Shown: positions 26,601 to 40,008 of the stretch, piece by piece
Layout: every line of letters begins with the position of its first letter
Position numbering within the stretch: the stretch's first letter is position 1
Assembly (NCBI GenBank): GCA_043228905.1
Contig: JBHGNT010000011.1
Location: forward strand, 20,832,001-20,896,000
Length of the DNA: 64,000 bases
From: Azolla caroliniana
Taxonomy: Eukaryota; Plantae; Polypodiophyta
Direction: 5' to 3'
Made by a program: the position numbers and the translations under genes
The notes under the pieces: model-generated
Database searches by the model: none
What the model was told of the DNA's origin: nothing
The model's input: the letters and a program-made list of their open reading frames with translations, nothing else

Positions 26601-29600
26601 TAAAGTAAGCTTCTTGAAAATACATTTTCGAAGATGTTAGATAGGTCATAAAATATTTGATATTTGTTGGAATGAGTTTACAGGTTCCAAACTTTTGGCG
26701 GCCGGAAACCTTATCGTCCTGTCCAGGATGTTGCATTCGCAGCTGCTCGCTTCTATGAAAGGGGTGGAACTTTTCAGAGCTATTACATGGTAACCGTTCA
26801 TTTTTATTAGCTCTATAGGTATTGTTTCAAGAAGCCTAGATTGAAAAGTTATTGGAAATATTCTATTATCGAATGTAAAAAAACAGTTGTCCCTTCCTTT
26901 GCTATAATTAGATGAAAAGGTGTTTGAGGAATTGTGTCACATCATGCTATTGCACATTCCGTTTTAGCATATGAAAAGGTGTTTGAGGATTTATTGGATC
27001 AATGCTAGGTGATAGAGTAATATCTATAAAACCCAAACTTAGATCATGCTGAGAATTTAGTTTTTTCTTGATGATGTTTGCAGTATCATGGTGGAACCAA
27101 TTTTGGACGAACTTCTGGAGGACCATTTATATCAACTTCTTATGACTATGATGCACCAATAGATGAATATGGTTTTCTTTTGGCTTAAACTGATATCTAT
27201 GCTGCGCATACTATTTGTTGACCCCATATTAATTATGCATAGACAAAGTCATCCACATGCCATTGGCTTATTTCCAGCCTTAATATTGTACTTATAAGAC
27301 AATATTGTACATGTCTGCTTAATCGTCTCAATGTAACTGTACAATCTGCATAGCAACTGTTTGCATAGCTTAGAAGGGATTTGGAATACAAGATGGTAGA
27401 TACATTTGAATATAAAGTGTAGAAAAGAAAACAAACTAGTTTCTGTTTTGAGCATGATCAAGTAATAACTTTAAGAAAAATCTGGAAATTGTAAATATGC
27501 ATGGTATTACAGTTTATGGCAGGATCTTTATGCATACATTGGATGCAATCCTTAGATCATAGTTATTGATATTGTAGGAAATCTCAACCAGCCCAAGTGG
27601 GGTCACCTGAAAGACTTACATCAGGCGATACAGCTTTGTGAACCGGCTCTTATTTTAGGAGATCCAACACCGGTGGTATTTGGCTCTAATCAAGAGGTAT
27701 GATTAAAGATGAAGATTTGTCCCTATACTGATCCATGTGCCATGTATTATGTACCACTTTATACTTTTTGTAAAAGATCTTTATTTTTCATGGAAATTTG
27801 AACCTAAATTAGATATCATCAAGTTCCTTTGAATCCTTATTGAGTCTTTTATGGATGTGAATGACTACTAGTTAGTGCCATAAGGCGTGTGTGTGTGTAT
27901 ACATGCATTCTAGAGTTCTATTATAGAGAACATATCAATCCTTAGTACCACGTGTATGAAATGACCCTTTCTTAAACTCACTAGGTAATCTTTTATTTTG
28001 AAAGAATTTGTTGAAAATTGGCCTACATGCAGGGTCATGTATATACCGATGGAAACATTTGTGCAGCATTCCTAGCAAATTATGATGATAAGGCAGATGC
28101 AACTGTGACATTCAGAGGGCAATCATACCATCTTCCAGCATGGTCTGTCAGTATTTTACCAGATTGCAAGAATGTGATTTACAATACAGCTCAGGTTGTG
28201 ATTTACAATACAGCTCAGGTTTTTTTGTTTTCTCAAATTTGGAATGTAATTCGAGATAAACACTTCAAATTTACGGGTTGAGTTTCCAAATGGGTAATTT
28301 ATATACCCCAGCTAAGTTCTAACATCCATATTAATATAGATCAATGCCCAAACATCAATATTAACCACAAGTCAACAACAGCACCTGCAACTTTCCAATG
28401 AGGTTGGAAAGACTCAGTCATTTTTGGAAACGGTGTGGCAAACATGGGAAGAACCTATTGGTGATAGGGGAGAGAATTCATTCAAGTCTAACCTATTGCT
28501 AGAGCAAATCAACACAACCAAAGATGCCACTGATTACTTGTGGTACTCGACAAGGTATTAGTAATAGACCTATTTAAAATGAAATGGATTTTATTTTCAG
28601 CATAAGAAGAGATTTTATTATTTTTCCTCAATTGGGGATCGATCCCCATTTGCAGCAACAGAGCATAGGGAAAGGAGTTAAACTCTTGACCGATTGCCAT
28701 TTGTTTATCAAACATTTCCTTGACATTCTAATATCAAGTTCGATCAAATGCATCACTTACTGAATTTCCTGACCCAACCACTACTTTTAACATCTATTGC
28801 TAAATTTTGTTCATACTTTTGCAGCATTGAGTTGAATGATAGTGATCTTCCCACAAATGGAAATGGGGAAGCAACCCTTTCATTAAGTTCAAAGGGCCAT
28901 GCTGTACATGTTTTTGTAAACAAGAAACTATCAGGTAATACAACTATTGTCAGTGTGTGAAGTGATTGCAGCAAAAACCCTAATCCTTTTTTTAATCTCA
29001 ATTTTTTGTAGGTAGTGGATTTGGAAACAGTGGAAAATCTAGCTTTAATCTTCAAGTTCCTGTGAAGTTAAATTCTGGCATAAATACTATTGACTTGCTG
29101 AGTATGACTGTTGGGTTACAGGTAGAGAATTGTTCTGTCTAGCTGAATTTCAATTATACTTGTATTTTAAGCCATTGATTATAACATTACAGAACTATGG
29201 AGCTTTTTTTGATACATGGGGTGCTGGAATCCATGGAAATGTCCTCATAAATGGACTAAATGGTGCTTCAAGAAACATTTCATCATATATGTGGACTTAC
29301 CAGGTCAGCTGGAAATTGTGTATAATCATCAGTTATAGTAATATAGTGATTGTTTCATAGAAATGGCCCTCATGACAAAGATTTATAAAACAAAGAAGAC
29401 ATTGCTATCTCTTTAATCTAACAAGCTTCTTAACTAAAAGAAGACGCAAGCTTTGATTCTCTAAGCTAAGAGGAATGATGTTGGGAGAGCGAAAATATCT
29501 TAATTTTTTCCATTTTGATATTCCTCCTTTCATACTGTGCCAGTTTTCAGTTTGTTGGACAGCATCCATCTGTTTGTTGCTTTATTATAAACTTGTTATA

Positions 29601-31451
29601 TTTTTACTTGGAAATCTTAATCCATGCAATGATTGATATAAGGGAGGTTGTAATATTGATGTACATTGTATAGAAAGAGATGAAAATATCCAAGGGTATA
29701 TTGTAACATAAGGATACGAGGTAGCGCTCCATTGTATGCTAATATTACTACATCAGCCCATACTTGTTGTTTTTAGCCTTTTTCCTTTACATGAGTTAAT
29801 TTATTTCATGTTTAGATTGGATTGAAAGGGGAAGCACTCAAAATTTATGAAAAATCAGTTGGTTGGAACACTACTTCTGACATAGCTCAAGGTCAACCAA
29901 TGATATGGTATAAGGTAAATTGTGATGCCTACTTATGCAAGAATTATTTTATATTACAAGGGATGTGTGTATATTCTTTTTATCAAATTTATGTTCAGTC
30001 GAACAAACACTTTTTTTGTCCTTGAAACATGTCAGTGGTATATTACATTGATGCAATCCTTCTTAAGTTAGGCATAAAAACATTTTCCTCTTTCATTTTC
30101 CACTGCCGTGTCCATGTAATTTTTGTAAACTTTTCCAATAGAGTCTATGTTGGTGACGGCTCTTGTTGATTGATGGGAGTTGGTGAGAAACAAAAACCTC
30201 ATAGTTTTTTTTGTAGACAAACTTTAATGCTCCGGAAGGGAATGGTCCAATTGCACTAGACTTGACGAGCATGGGGAAAGGTGTAGCATGGATCAATGGC
30301 AAAAGCATTGGTCGCTACTGGCCAACATATATCTCAACAGCAACAGGTTGTTCAAGCGCATGTCCATATCAGGGAGCGTATAGTGCCAGCAAGTGTTACA
30401 CTAACTGTGGACAACCTTCTCAAAGCAGGTAAAATCAAATGCCATGAACAAAAGAGCGAATACTGTCTATTTTCTCTTGAAGTGCCAATAGGAATTATTT
30501 TCCCCTCTTTATCATTCCGTCTTTAGGGTAATAGTATTGAAGTTTCCTATTTAAAACCAATGAGTTTTTTCTGCATGTACAGGTACCATGTACCAAGATC
30601 ATGGATTCAAGAATCTGGGAACACATTAGTCTTATTTGAAGAGATAGGGGGTGATCCATCCAAAATATCTTTTGTGACAAGCTTGGTGTCATCAGTATGT
30701 GCTCATGTGGCAGAAATACATGCTTCCCCAATAGATAAGTTTGGGATAGACAGATTGAGTCAAGGTAAAGCTGAAGCAAGTATCGATTGTGGCGAAGGCA
30801 GAGTGATCTCCAACATCACATTTGCGAGCTATGGCAATCCACAAGGGATATGTGATAGCTTCACACAAGGCACTTGTCATGCCTCTAACTCAATGTACAT
30901 AGTTAAAAAGGTTAGTTGAATCTTGTGGTTCAGCACTGCTGGGCGCAATCAATGAATTTAGATTAGAAGGTTATTTGTTTAATGTAGTTCAATGTGGTGT
31001 CTCCTAGCTATATATATATATAGTGAAGAAGGTTAGTTGGTTCTTCTAATGCATACCTCAAGTATATAGCCACAATGGCAAGGCGTCCAATGTAATTACA
31101 TTGCATGAAGAAGGTAGGACGGTTCTTGTAGTGTATTGTTTAACATATCTACGTAGCCAAGAAAGGTAGTCTTCCTGTTTTTTATCTTTTCACGTGGGTC
31201 TGTTGACATATTGGTAAAAAAAAACCCCCATTCAGCTTTTATTTTTCATGAGATTTTATAATTATTTGCATTAAGATAAGATTCCCTGACGTTTTTAAAT
31301 GGAACATTTTTTTGGCAAACAGGCATGCATTGGACGACAATCTTGCTCCATGATGGTCACCAATGAGAACTTCAAGCAAGATCCATGCAAGCAAGTAATC
31401 AAAAGTTTGGCTGTTCAAGCAGCTTGTTCAGGAATGCATATCCATTTCTAA
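20670..31451 (+). CDS. BGAL: Beta-galactosidase, GH35 family with C-terminal galactose-binding lectin domain (BGAL8-like), ~895 aa
   Basis: 18 exons: 20670-20966, 22010-22105, 22195-22307, 22429-22588, 25719-25862, 26210-26298, 26684-26789, 27084-27171, 27578-27696, 28033-28194 (or -28218), 28340-28554, 28825-28934, 29012-29121, 29193-29303, 29816-29914, 30217-30428, 30583-30910, 31323-31451; all GT-AG and in frame. Motifs [26 protein letters not shown] and WTENW (catalytic Glu), [22 protein letters not shown]...KSLAVQAAC. Start codon uncertain (20670 or 20781). Confidence 0.94.
21052..21320. repeat. Compound (CAC/CAT)-(GAT/GGT)n microsatellite in BGAL intron 1
   Basis: About 250 bp of GATGATGATAAT-type triplets with an internal duplication (GATAATGATGATGGTAGTGATGATTATGACAAATGATGAT twice). 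Confidence 0.9.
23920..24384 (-). mobile_element. Solo LTR (copia-related) in BGAL intron 4
   Basis: Begins TGTAAAGAAT and ends GTTGAGCTTGATTCTCAACA, matching the termini of the copia LTR at 41647-41927 (TGTGAAGAAT...GTTGAGTTTGACTCTCAACA). Flanks AATTT/GATTT give a 4/5 TSD. Confidence 0.75.
25541..25705 (+). repeat. 79-bp tandem duplication just upstream of the BGAL exon 5 acceptor
   Basis: TCCTAAGAGGGTGTG...GGTAACCTCTCCTGTTTTGGGTCA...CATTAAGTTT at 25544 and 25623. Confidence 0.85.
28173..28220 (+). repeat. Perfect 24-bp tandem duplication spanning the BGAL exon 10 donor
   Basis: TGTGATTTACAATACAGCTCAGGT twice (28173-28196, 28197-28220). Confidence 0.95.
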
Positions 31452-31809
31452 ATGCGGGTCTTTCACCTTCCAGAATATAGCTACATATGTGTGTTTGTTT
31501 CTGAGAGGGTTTATAAAGAAATATATACCTTATTATATAGTGATATCCATAAAATTATTATCAAATGTATATATATATTTATAATTTTCTAACACTGGAA
31601 GCCATGTCAAGTTTCCTAAACTTAGTCTAGAGCATGGAAAACTTTTTATGAAGATATTTTCCTACTTTTTATCTGAAAACTTTATCATACGAATCCACAC
31701 ACAAGCTTTGATTGGTGAAATCTTCAGCAGTGAACATCTATAGAAAAACAGTTCATTGATCACACGAATGTCAAGTTTGGGATACACGTGACTTTTACAC
31801 CACAGCCTA

Positions 31810-32120
31810 TTAGAATGCCTATATAACAGATTGAAGCATCTGCTATAAGTGTAATTATGATGAGGTTAAGTCAAAAAAGAATAAACGCCGATAGAGAAAC
31901 TGTCATATAAAATTAAAAAGAATAAACGCGGACAGAGAAGTTAGAATGCCTTAACAGATTGAAGCTCTACAATTAGTGTAATTATTATCAGGTAAGTCAT
32001 AAAAGAACAAACGCAAATAGAGAAGCTATCATATAAGATTAAAAAGAATAAACACAGATAAAGATGCTACCATATAAGATTAAAAAGAATAAACACATAG
32101 AGATGCTATCATATAAGATT
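31810..32120. repeat. Degenerate tandem repeats between the convergent BGAL and TM9SF 3' ends
   Basis: TTAGAATGCC...TAACAGATTGAAGC twice, ~130 bp apart, and AAAAAGAATAAAC...AGA.GCTA.CATATAAGATT in several ~40-bp units. Confidence 0.75.
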
Positions 32121-32990
32121 TATAAGGTAACTATTGCCTTGAGTCTATAGATTGAAATATATATGACACACATGATCACACAATTTGTGTGTCAGACTTG
32201 TCGCAAGAAAAACAAATGGGATTGAAGAATCTCACATTGGTGAACTTTATTATGCCTGTTGTATAAAAAAACCTCGAATCATTTCACATTGGTGAACATG
32301 AACAGTAAAATTGATTTGAAATGGCTAATCTCCATTGCCTCCGATCCTACGAGCCAGATTAATACAAATTGAAATGGCTAATATCCATGCGCTCCGATCA
32401 TATGAGCCATATTCATACAAAAAGACAACTGAATAGCAAAATACACACAGACAACTGTCATTAAACAAACAATAAACTACAAAGTAACTTCAAACAGGCA
32501 GTATGCTTACCATCATGTAGTTACAAGTATAGTGGTAAGTAGTTGGTCAGGAATGATTCCATGTTAAAAACTAGAAATAGTATCTGCTTTCATTTCTTGA
32601 GAGGTACATTTGAACCTTCTACAGGAAACCCATTTCAAATCAAGTAAAAATGATAGCTTTTCAAGTGCGTTTCTTGAGTTTCCATTTCACCTCAAGAGAC
32701 CAAACCAGATTTGATCAAAAATCTATTTCAAAATAGGTAAATTAAGCATTCTCAATGTTCCCTGAGATTGAAGGTATACATACATCAATTAATTCCTGTC
32801 AGTTTCAATACAACAAAAATTTGAAGACCTAGGAAAAACTTTAAACCCAAGCTCTAACGTTTACAAGTTGCGCATCAGTAATAGCAACAGAGTCTAATGC
32901 TATGGCATCAACCACTCTGGATAAAAAGAGACTTGATCGTCAAAAAACCTTTTCTTCAAATTGGAAAACCTTATATCAAATATAAGAATC

Positions 32991-35900
32991 TCAATCAATC
33001 TTCACTGATGCATATATGGTTCTCACAAACCAAAAACATGCATAGAATCCGATAGTTCCTGTCAAGACGAAGAAGGAATAAGAGATGATGATCATATAGC
33101 CAAAATACATCACACCCGAAACTAGTGATGTTATATCGAGCTTTGTAAAGAAATAGAAAGCCGCATAAAGCATCAAATAGAGAGCTGATGATCCAGATGT
33201 GAGATAAGCTCTCCACCACCAATGATAATCTTCACTGCATAACTGGAAATAGCAAAGTACTATTGTAATCTCTGCACATGTCACAAGGAGGATTAAGAAG
33301 ACAAGGAACAAGAATCCAAAGATATAGTAGAATTGGTTCAGCCATATGGATGTGAGGATGAAAAAAAGCTCGATGAACACTGCACCAAAAGGTAATATAC
33401 CACCGATGAAGATTGAAAATAGTGGTTGCATATACCACGATTGGTCAGGAATTTGCCTCGGAATCTTATTAGTTCTCACCGGATCTTCAATTGCTGGTTT
33501 CTTAAAGCCCACATAGCTACCCACAAATACCAGAGGAACAGAGATCCCAAACCAAAGGCAAACAAGGGCAAACATTGTACCAAAGGGAACTGCCCCAGAG
33601 GATTTTTGGCCCCAGATCAATGCATTCAAAACAAAGAAGATTGTGAACGCAACACCTGGGAACAAGCATGCTGTTTTCAGTGTAATTTTCTTCCACTCAC
33701 TTCCCTTGAACATTTTATATAGACGAGCCGATGCATAACCAGCAAAGACACCCATAAACACCCAGAGAAATAACATTGCAGTCATGAGGCCACCTCGATT
33801 AGCAGGAGAGAGAAATCCAAGGAGTGCAAATACCATGGTTACTACTGTCATTCCGAAAAATTGCACTCCTGTCCCCACATAGACACAAAGTAGACCAGCA
33901 TGCGTTGGAGGTCTGAACACATCTCCATGGACGAGTTTCCATCCAGTTTCCTCTTGAGCTTCCTCTTGGGTTTCCAGTTCATTGTATTTTGAAATATCTC
34001 GATACAGTGTACGCATCATTATCATAGCTACCATTCCCGACAGAAATAACACAATCATAAGGGAGTTTATAATGGAGAACCAGTGAATTTGATCATCTGA
34101 TGTGTTAAGATAGACGTCCCAACGAGATGCCCATTTTATATTGCTTTCCTGTTGCAAAGAAATAACTAACATCAATACCTATGTTACTCTTTAAACCAGG
34201 GAAAAAAACTGAAAGACGTATGCATCAGTGGCCAGTCAGGTTTGAACCTCAAATTCCACGTCATAAGTGAATATGATCTCTTGGCCTTCAGAAACTTCTT
34301 GGGGAGTCATGCTATTGGTCACATATACTTTAGCATTCGGATTGCATGTTGTGAATCGAGGTTTGTTCTGATCCCAAGGTTCCTCATACTTATGACGCAC
34401 ACTACATGAATCAACGTATGAGAAAAAAGTAAAGCAAAGATTGGTTTAAACTTAAGATCGTCAAGGTTAAGCAATCCATGAGAGCAACAAAGTTTAGAAG
34501 AAGCAAATATTTCAGAATACCTGTAAGGAGTCACCTCAAAGCCAATCACTCTAGACGTTCCCATTTCATGATCTTGATGATATAGAATTTTAAATGAAAG
34601 GTGATTATTAAGTAAATATATATCCTCTTTCTGCAAAAATCGCATCCCAATGAGACCTTATAAAAACAGATTTATACATGCATCATATCACATAAGCTGT
34701 CGCTAGATCTTACCCCAGAATCACCTGCTGAAACTTTGAATCCAACCGGAAATCCTCGATCATAAAAGAATGAGTTTGAAGCACCATCAGCTCTTTCTTT
34801 CTTGATTGCCACAGGCAAGTTGTCCAGAATCCTGACAACATCAACCAAAAGTTACAAATCCTGCATTTCTTTGACTACATCCTTTGCGGAATCATAAAAC
34901 CAAAAAGACCTAACACTCACATATTGACACGGTAATCATCCTCGATCTTCTTCTGGAATTTCTTGGCATCTTTAGCAGAAATCTTATCAATCTTACATAC
35001 GAAGTTGCACAGTTTGCTGTCCCTCATTTGAAACTGTGAAAGAAGTCAGACATAAGCTCAGAAAATACAAACAACAGATAATAATACATGGACATCACCT
35101 AAGATAACTAAAATTGCGGGTTTTTCTGTTCCACATTCTGAAACTGTATGGAATGAATCACGAGTAATATCAGCAATTTGCAAAGTTCAGAGAAAACAAG
35201 AGAAAACATGGAATTAAGTCCCAGATCAACTAAGATCCACTATACTGCAGAGTTTTCTCTATTTTCAAACTATGAAGAAAGGCATCCATACATTTACCCA
35301 AAAGAAATACACCGCACTGCAAGTAACATCTAGATAAACTGAATATCATAGTTTCATCTCCCTCCTTCAAAATTACATTCGGCCAAAGGAAAGAAATACA
35401 TTGCGACATCTAGATATAATAAAATTGACACAGTTATATCTCACTTATTTGAGAATACATAGATTCAACAAAAAGAAAAAAATACATATGAACAGGTTCT
35501 AGATCTAGGTCAATAATATTACGTAACTTGCACAGTTCTCTCCTCCATTTCTAAATGTAATGCACGAAAGACGTAACTTTAGCTAAAAACAAAGGAGAAA
35601 TGCAATAACACCATTAGATCAACTAAATTAACAGAAGTTCACGTATAAACGAAAGGGAAACATTGGCAATATTGCACAGTTTTCCCCCTTTCAGTTTTAG
35701 GAGAAAACAAAGAAGACCTATGAACAACATCTAGAGCAACAAGAATTCAGTCTCTTTCCTATTTCAAAATGAGTAGGAGGATAGATCCACATAATTGCAC
35801 AGTGTTTCCGCCATATTTGAAGTCTTACAAGCAATGTATAATTTAACTTAAAACAAGAAATGTATAACTTAGCATAAAAACAAATGAGAAAATCACAAAC

Positions 35901-36621
35901 CACATTTAGATCGAGTAAGATGAACATATCCGTTTTCTTTAGTACCCCGTTTAGAATGAAATACAGGAACATCTAGATCGACAGATTTTGCAGTCATCTT
36001 TCCATCTTTTGATGAAAGCTATTGGTAGAATGGCGTAAATTCATGAGGAAACAAAGATAAAAATACAAGAACAGTATCTGGATCGACTGAGATCTACAAA
36101 ACTCTCTCACCTTTTCTCCACCATTGAATGGAAGGAATGAATGAGTTCAGCTAAAAACAACACAAAAGACTAACCACCGCAGAATAAAACTGACATCAAC
36201 GTCCCAGATAGACTTACTATGTATGGAGAGTTCTCGATCCGATCTCCCCTGAGAACCTCCCCCAAGTTCTCTGCACTGTTAAGTATCACTTTCGGCCTAC
36301 AGTAAGGAAGATCGTAATAGACATAAGGAAGCTGAGTTTTGATGGATGAGAGCTTGTTAACCTTAACGAACAAATCGTCTCCCTGCAGAAAACAATACAT
36401 AAGAAGAAGAGAATGTTCTTATTCCATTTAGACAGATCTCTCCAGATCTGATGCGGAAGATATAATGTGCGAATCTTATAATAAACACATTAAGAGAGAT
36501 GGAGAATCACCTTGCTGAAATCCTGTGGAGCAACGCCAGGAAGATAGAAGGAGTGGGAGGTCTGCAGAGAAAGAAATGTGGAGAGAAGAGCGAGTAGGAG
36601 GAAGGAAGCTTTCCTTTCCAT
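32991..36621 (-). CDS. TM9SF: Transmembrane 9 superfamily / endomembrane protein 70 (TMN8/9/10-like), 642 aa
   Basis: Exons 36621-36511, 36382-36218, 35033-34921, 34831-34714, 34630-34521, 34401-34248, 34148-32991; all GT-AG, 1929 nt. Signal peptide then FYLPGVAPQDF, ENLGEVLRGDRIENSPY, IHWFSIINS, GWKLVHGDVFRPP, multiple hydrophobic TM segments and C-terminal KID (KxD/E Golgi retention). Confidence 0.96.
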
Positions 36622-36969
36622 GCCTGACCTTCTCGAGAAGCAACGAGCTCTCACAAACACACTCAACTCACTCACTCTCAGAGAATCCCACAGAAGACGA
36701 AGACGAAGAAGAAGAAGAAGAAAGCTTCAAACTCAAAGCCAGCAGCAAATGCAGAAGAAAATACATAATGGCTTTATAGTAAAATCTACACTTTCTGTAA
36801 ATTTTAAGGAAATGCCCCTCCAATTTTACTAAATTCCCTAAATACCCCTATACCTCCTCATCACAATTTTCTAAAGGCATCTCTCGCTCTCTCTCTTTCT
36901 TTTTTATCGTAATTAGCTTTCCCTGGTGGTAAGTTGTTAACACTGTTAGCGCACTAAATCTCTATATTA

Positions 36970-36974
<5 letters not shown>

Positions 36975-37024
<50 letters not shown>
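36975..37024. repeat. (CT)n microsatellite upstream of TM9SF (GAGA-type element)
   Basis: ~50-bp CT dinucleotide run about 350 bp upstream of the ATG. Confidence 0.85.
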
Positions 37025-40008
37025 ACATTCTTCACGACACCTCTCGATGCCTATGAGAATTGAAGGAGCTCGTATTCAAGTACTCCACCCATCCCTCATT
37101 CATAGATATCAACGGGTATTGTTTTGGCATTCGAATATTACAAAACGAAGAAAATTTACAGGATGAAGAAACGATTGGGTACAGGTAATTTCGAGCATCT
37201 CCTATAAAGGAGGGGCATTTCAGACATGCGGTAGTGCGACTGAAAGGGACATCTTGCGAATTTACGAGGTTTAGATGGACACGATTACGAGGTCATGTAG
37301 AGAGATCTTGTGAAAATGTGGGGGGTATCTTGGGAATTTCAAGATTACAGCAATCAATGTGTCGATGGTCATCTCATGTGCGAGGAGGGGGAAAGGGAAT
37401 AAGTGAATTGTTGATCATTGCATTTGTAAAAGGTGAAAGACATAGTACTGAAATCATTTAATGTGTTAAAATTGTCGATTGGGCATTAAAACAGGATAAA
37501 TACAAAAAATGAGATCCATGCATTTTAACAAATAATACTAGACACATCACCTGATAGTACAATAATTCTGGCATGCAAAACTTAAACTTTCAAGAGAGAA
37601 TTAAATGAACGAATTAATGAGTTATTACATCACGAATCAACTACTTTCATGATTTGTTGAATGGTGGCGATGTTTGCATAGAGGGTGGCATGGTCCTCTC
37701 TTGCATTCTTGTAAGTTATGCACTTGTGGAATATAGATAGATCATTTTTACGACTATCCTCGTGTGGTCAATATGGCCTACAAGACTCATGGTGAGACAT
37801 TTTTCGTTAGTATGTGTAGAATGGAGTAGTGAGGTAGATGTTTTGCAAATTTTACATAAGATGAATGTTGCAATTCAAAATGCACATTATAACTCAGACA
37901 GGCATGTGTATAGGGATTGGACCAATTTGACAATGCTTGGAAAGCAAACTCGAACATGGTTGAAAGCAGAGCATTGTATCAAAATGTGATACTTGTGTTT
38001 GTCTACCCCAACACTCCATCTAGTCTCACATAGTTATGCTAGACTCGGTAAGAATTGCATGTCAATGATGGTTTCATAACGTTTTGTTGTACCTTATTAT
38101 CATCCTAATTGTTCAACATTGTATTGGATTTTCAATGTTAATTATTTCATTGCGCCAACTTTATGAAATTGAATGGATAGTGACATGCTAAATGAATTCG
38201 TTTTTACCGGTTTCGGTCTCCAACAAAACATGGTTCCTTTGCTTGGATAGGTTTCATGCATTATGCATGAACATAAGTCTCATAACTTGCCTCTAGACTT
38301 GGCTTCTTTCAAAGCTAGTGTCCCGACTCAACACACCTTAAAAGAAATAGGACTTGTTAGGGTTAAACGAAAGTAGATGGTAAGGAACACTAATGTAGAC
38401 ACGATCAATGTAACGTTGACATTGAAAGGGTTGTTCAATGCACAAGTATTTGTATCCTAAGGGTAACATGTTAGACAAGTCTTGTTACCCTACCTTTAGC
38501 CATTCAAGATCCAACATTGGTATCTTGGGATTGTGGGCATTGTTGCCAATTCACAAAGCCAACTCAGCTTGCTAACTTGATCAAATGACACGTTGAATCG
38601 TTTGTTGATCCATTGAGTTGAAAATATGACCAAAGTATTTCAATGTACAACTACAATTTTGTAGTTGGTAGCTCCTCACCAAAACAAGCTTGGCTTGTGG
38701 ATATTGTATGAAACAACTTAAGATCATGCTAAAAAAGGAAACAATAAAAAATGTCACTCATAAAGGCAATATTAAGTATACCCCTAATAATATATCAAAT
38801 ATATAAATTACATTGTTAAGAAGGTAATGGAGCTAATGTAATTTAGAATTAATCGAGATGATTAATTGAGTTTGCTTACTTCAACTCAACATCTCAATAT
38901 ATAATCCTATACTTGGATTTATTGATCATAGATTGCACGCTATAAATTGCTCAGCGCACAACAAGTGATGGTTGTGGAGTTAAAAAGTATTAATACAAAT
39001 TTAACGATGTATAGGGAAGCAAGAAAATTGGCAACTTTTAGAGGAGCATGCTTGTACAAGATAAATGGACATTTACAGTTACCAATTGTTAAACTTGATG
39101 CTAATAAGTAAAAATATACAATTGATTATTAAGTTTTAATAGACAACACGTTTGCAATATATAAGCATACAACCTAGAATACAAAACATAAATTCACTAT
39201 CACGATTCACAAATAATTCAATTTCACCAATCATGTACACCTTGGTTTTGAGATGATTTAATATTGTTTACAATGGTGAAATAGATTTTATCATGTAATA
39301 ATTTTGCATTTGTCTTTTTATGATTGTTGTTGTAATTATCATCAAACTTTAAACTCTATATAATAAAAGAAGCATGCATGAGGAAAGAAATGTCCTCACC
39401 ATTTTTATAAACGTGGCATGACGTTGTGCATTACAATATGTGTTTTTTTACTCCATGGGGGTAATTGCTAGAAGAATATAATCTATTGGTGCAAACATTT
39501 ATTTATCACAGATTGAAATTGAACGTGAAACCTTTTAATTACACTCAAACACAAACATGTTGAAAGCACTCTTTTTTTTATATTCTGCATATGGTTTGGT
39601 GTTGGAATTTAATTGAGTAGAGCTGCTAGATCATGGCTTCATAGCTACAATGAAGAAGAGAAAAAAGATGTTGCCCTTCCCGTGATAAACAAAGGCTACA
39701 TCTCAAATTTAGATGGTATGTGCATGTTTGGGTGTGAAATTTTCCTTTGTCCGTGGTTGAAATCTCAAACAAGACACCGTTACAACCTAATGAGTGTCTC
39801 TTGGCCTTGCAATAAACATCAATTGGATATGCCTATAGTAGTGAGCACACTAACTTGCGAACAATAATAAATAGAGTAAACTATTGGATCCATATGTGGT
39901 ACGTAACATGCATGCTATTTGTGAAGTATCATGCTCACAATGAAAAAAATCCTCACATATCATCCTCATCAATTTGATCTAATGAAATTATTTAATTGTA
40001 AATTGAAG

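Noticed and set aside
33426-33722. Antisense ORF over the TM9SF last exon, and similar ones over HIR, CAC3 and copia
   Set aside because: Shadow ORFs of real coding sequence with no independent support.
37050-40000. Hidden gene or TE ORFs upstream of TM9SF
   Set aside because: ORFs under 90 aa with no recognisable domain.
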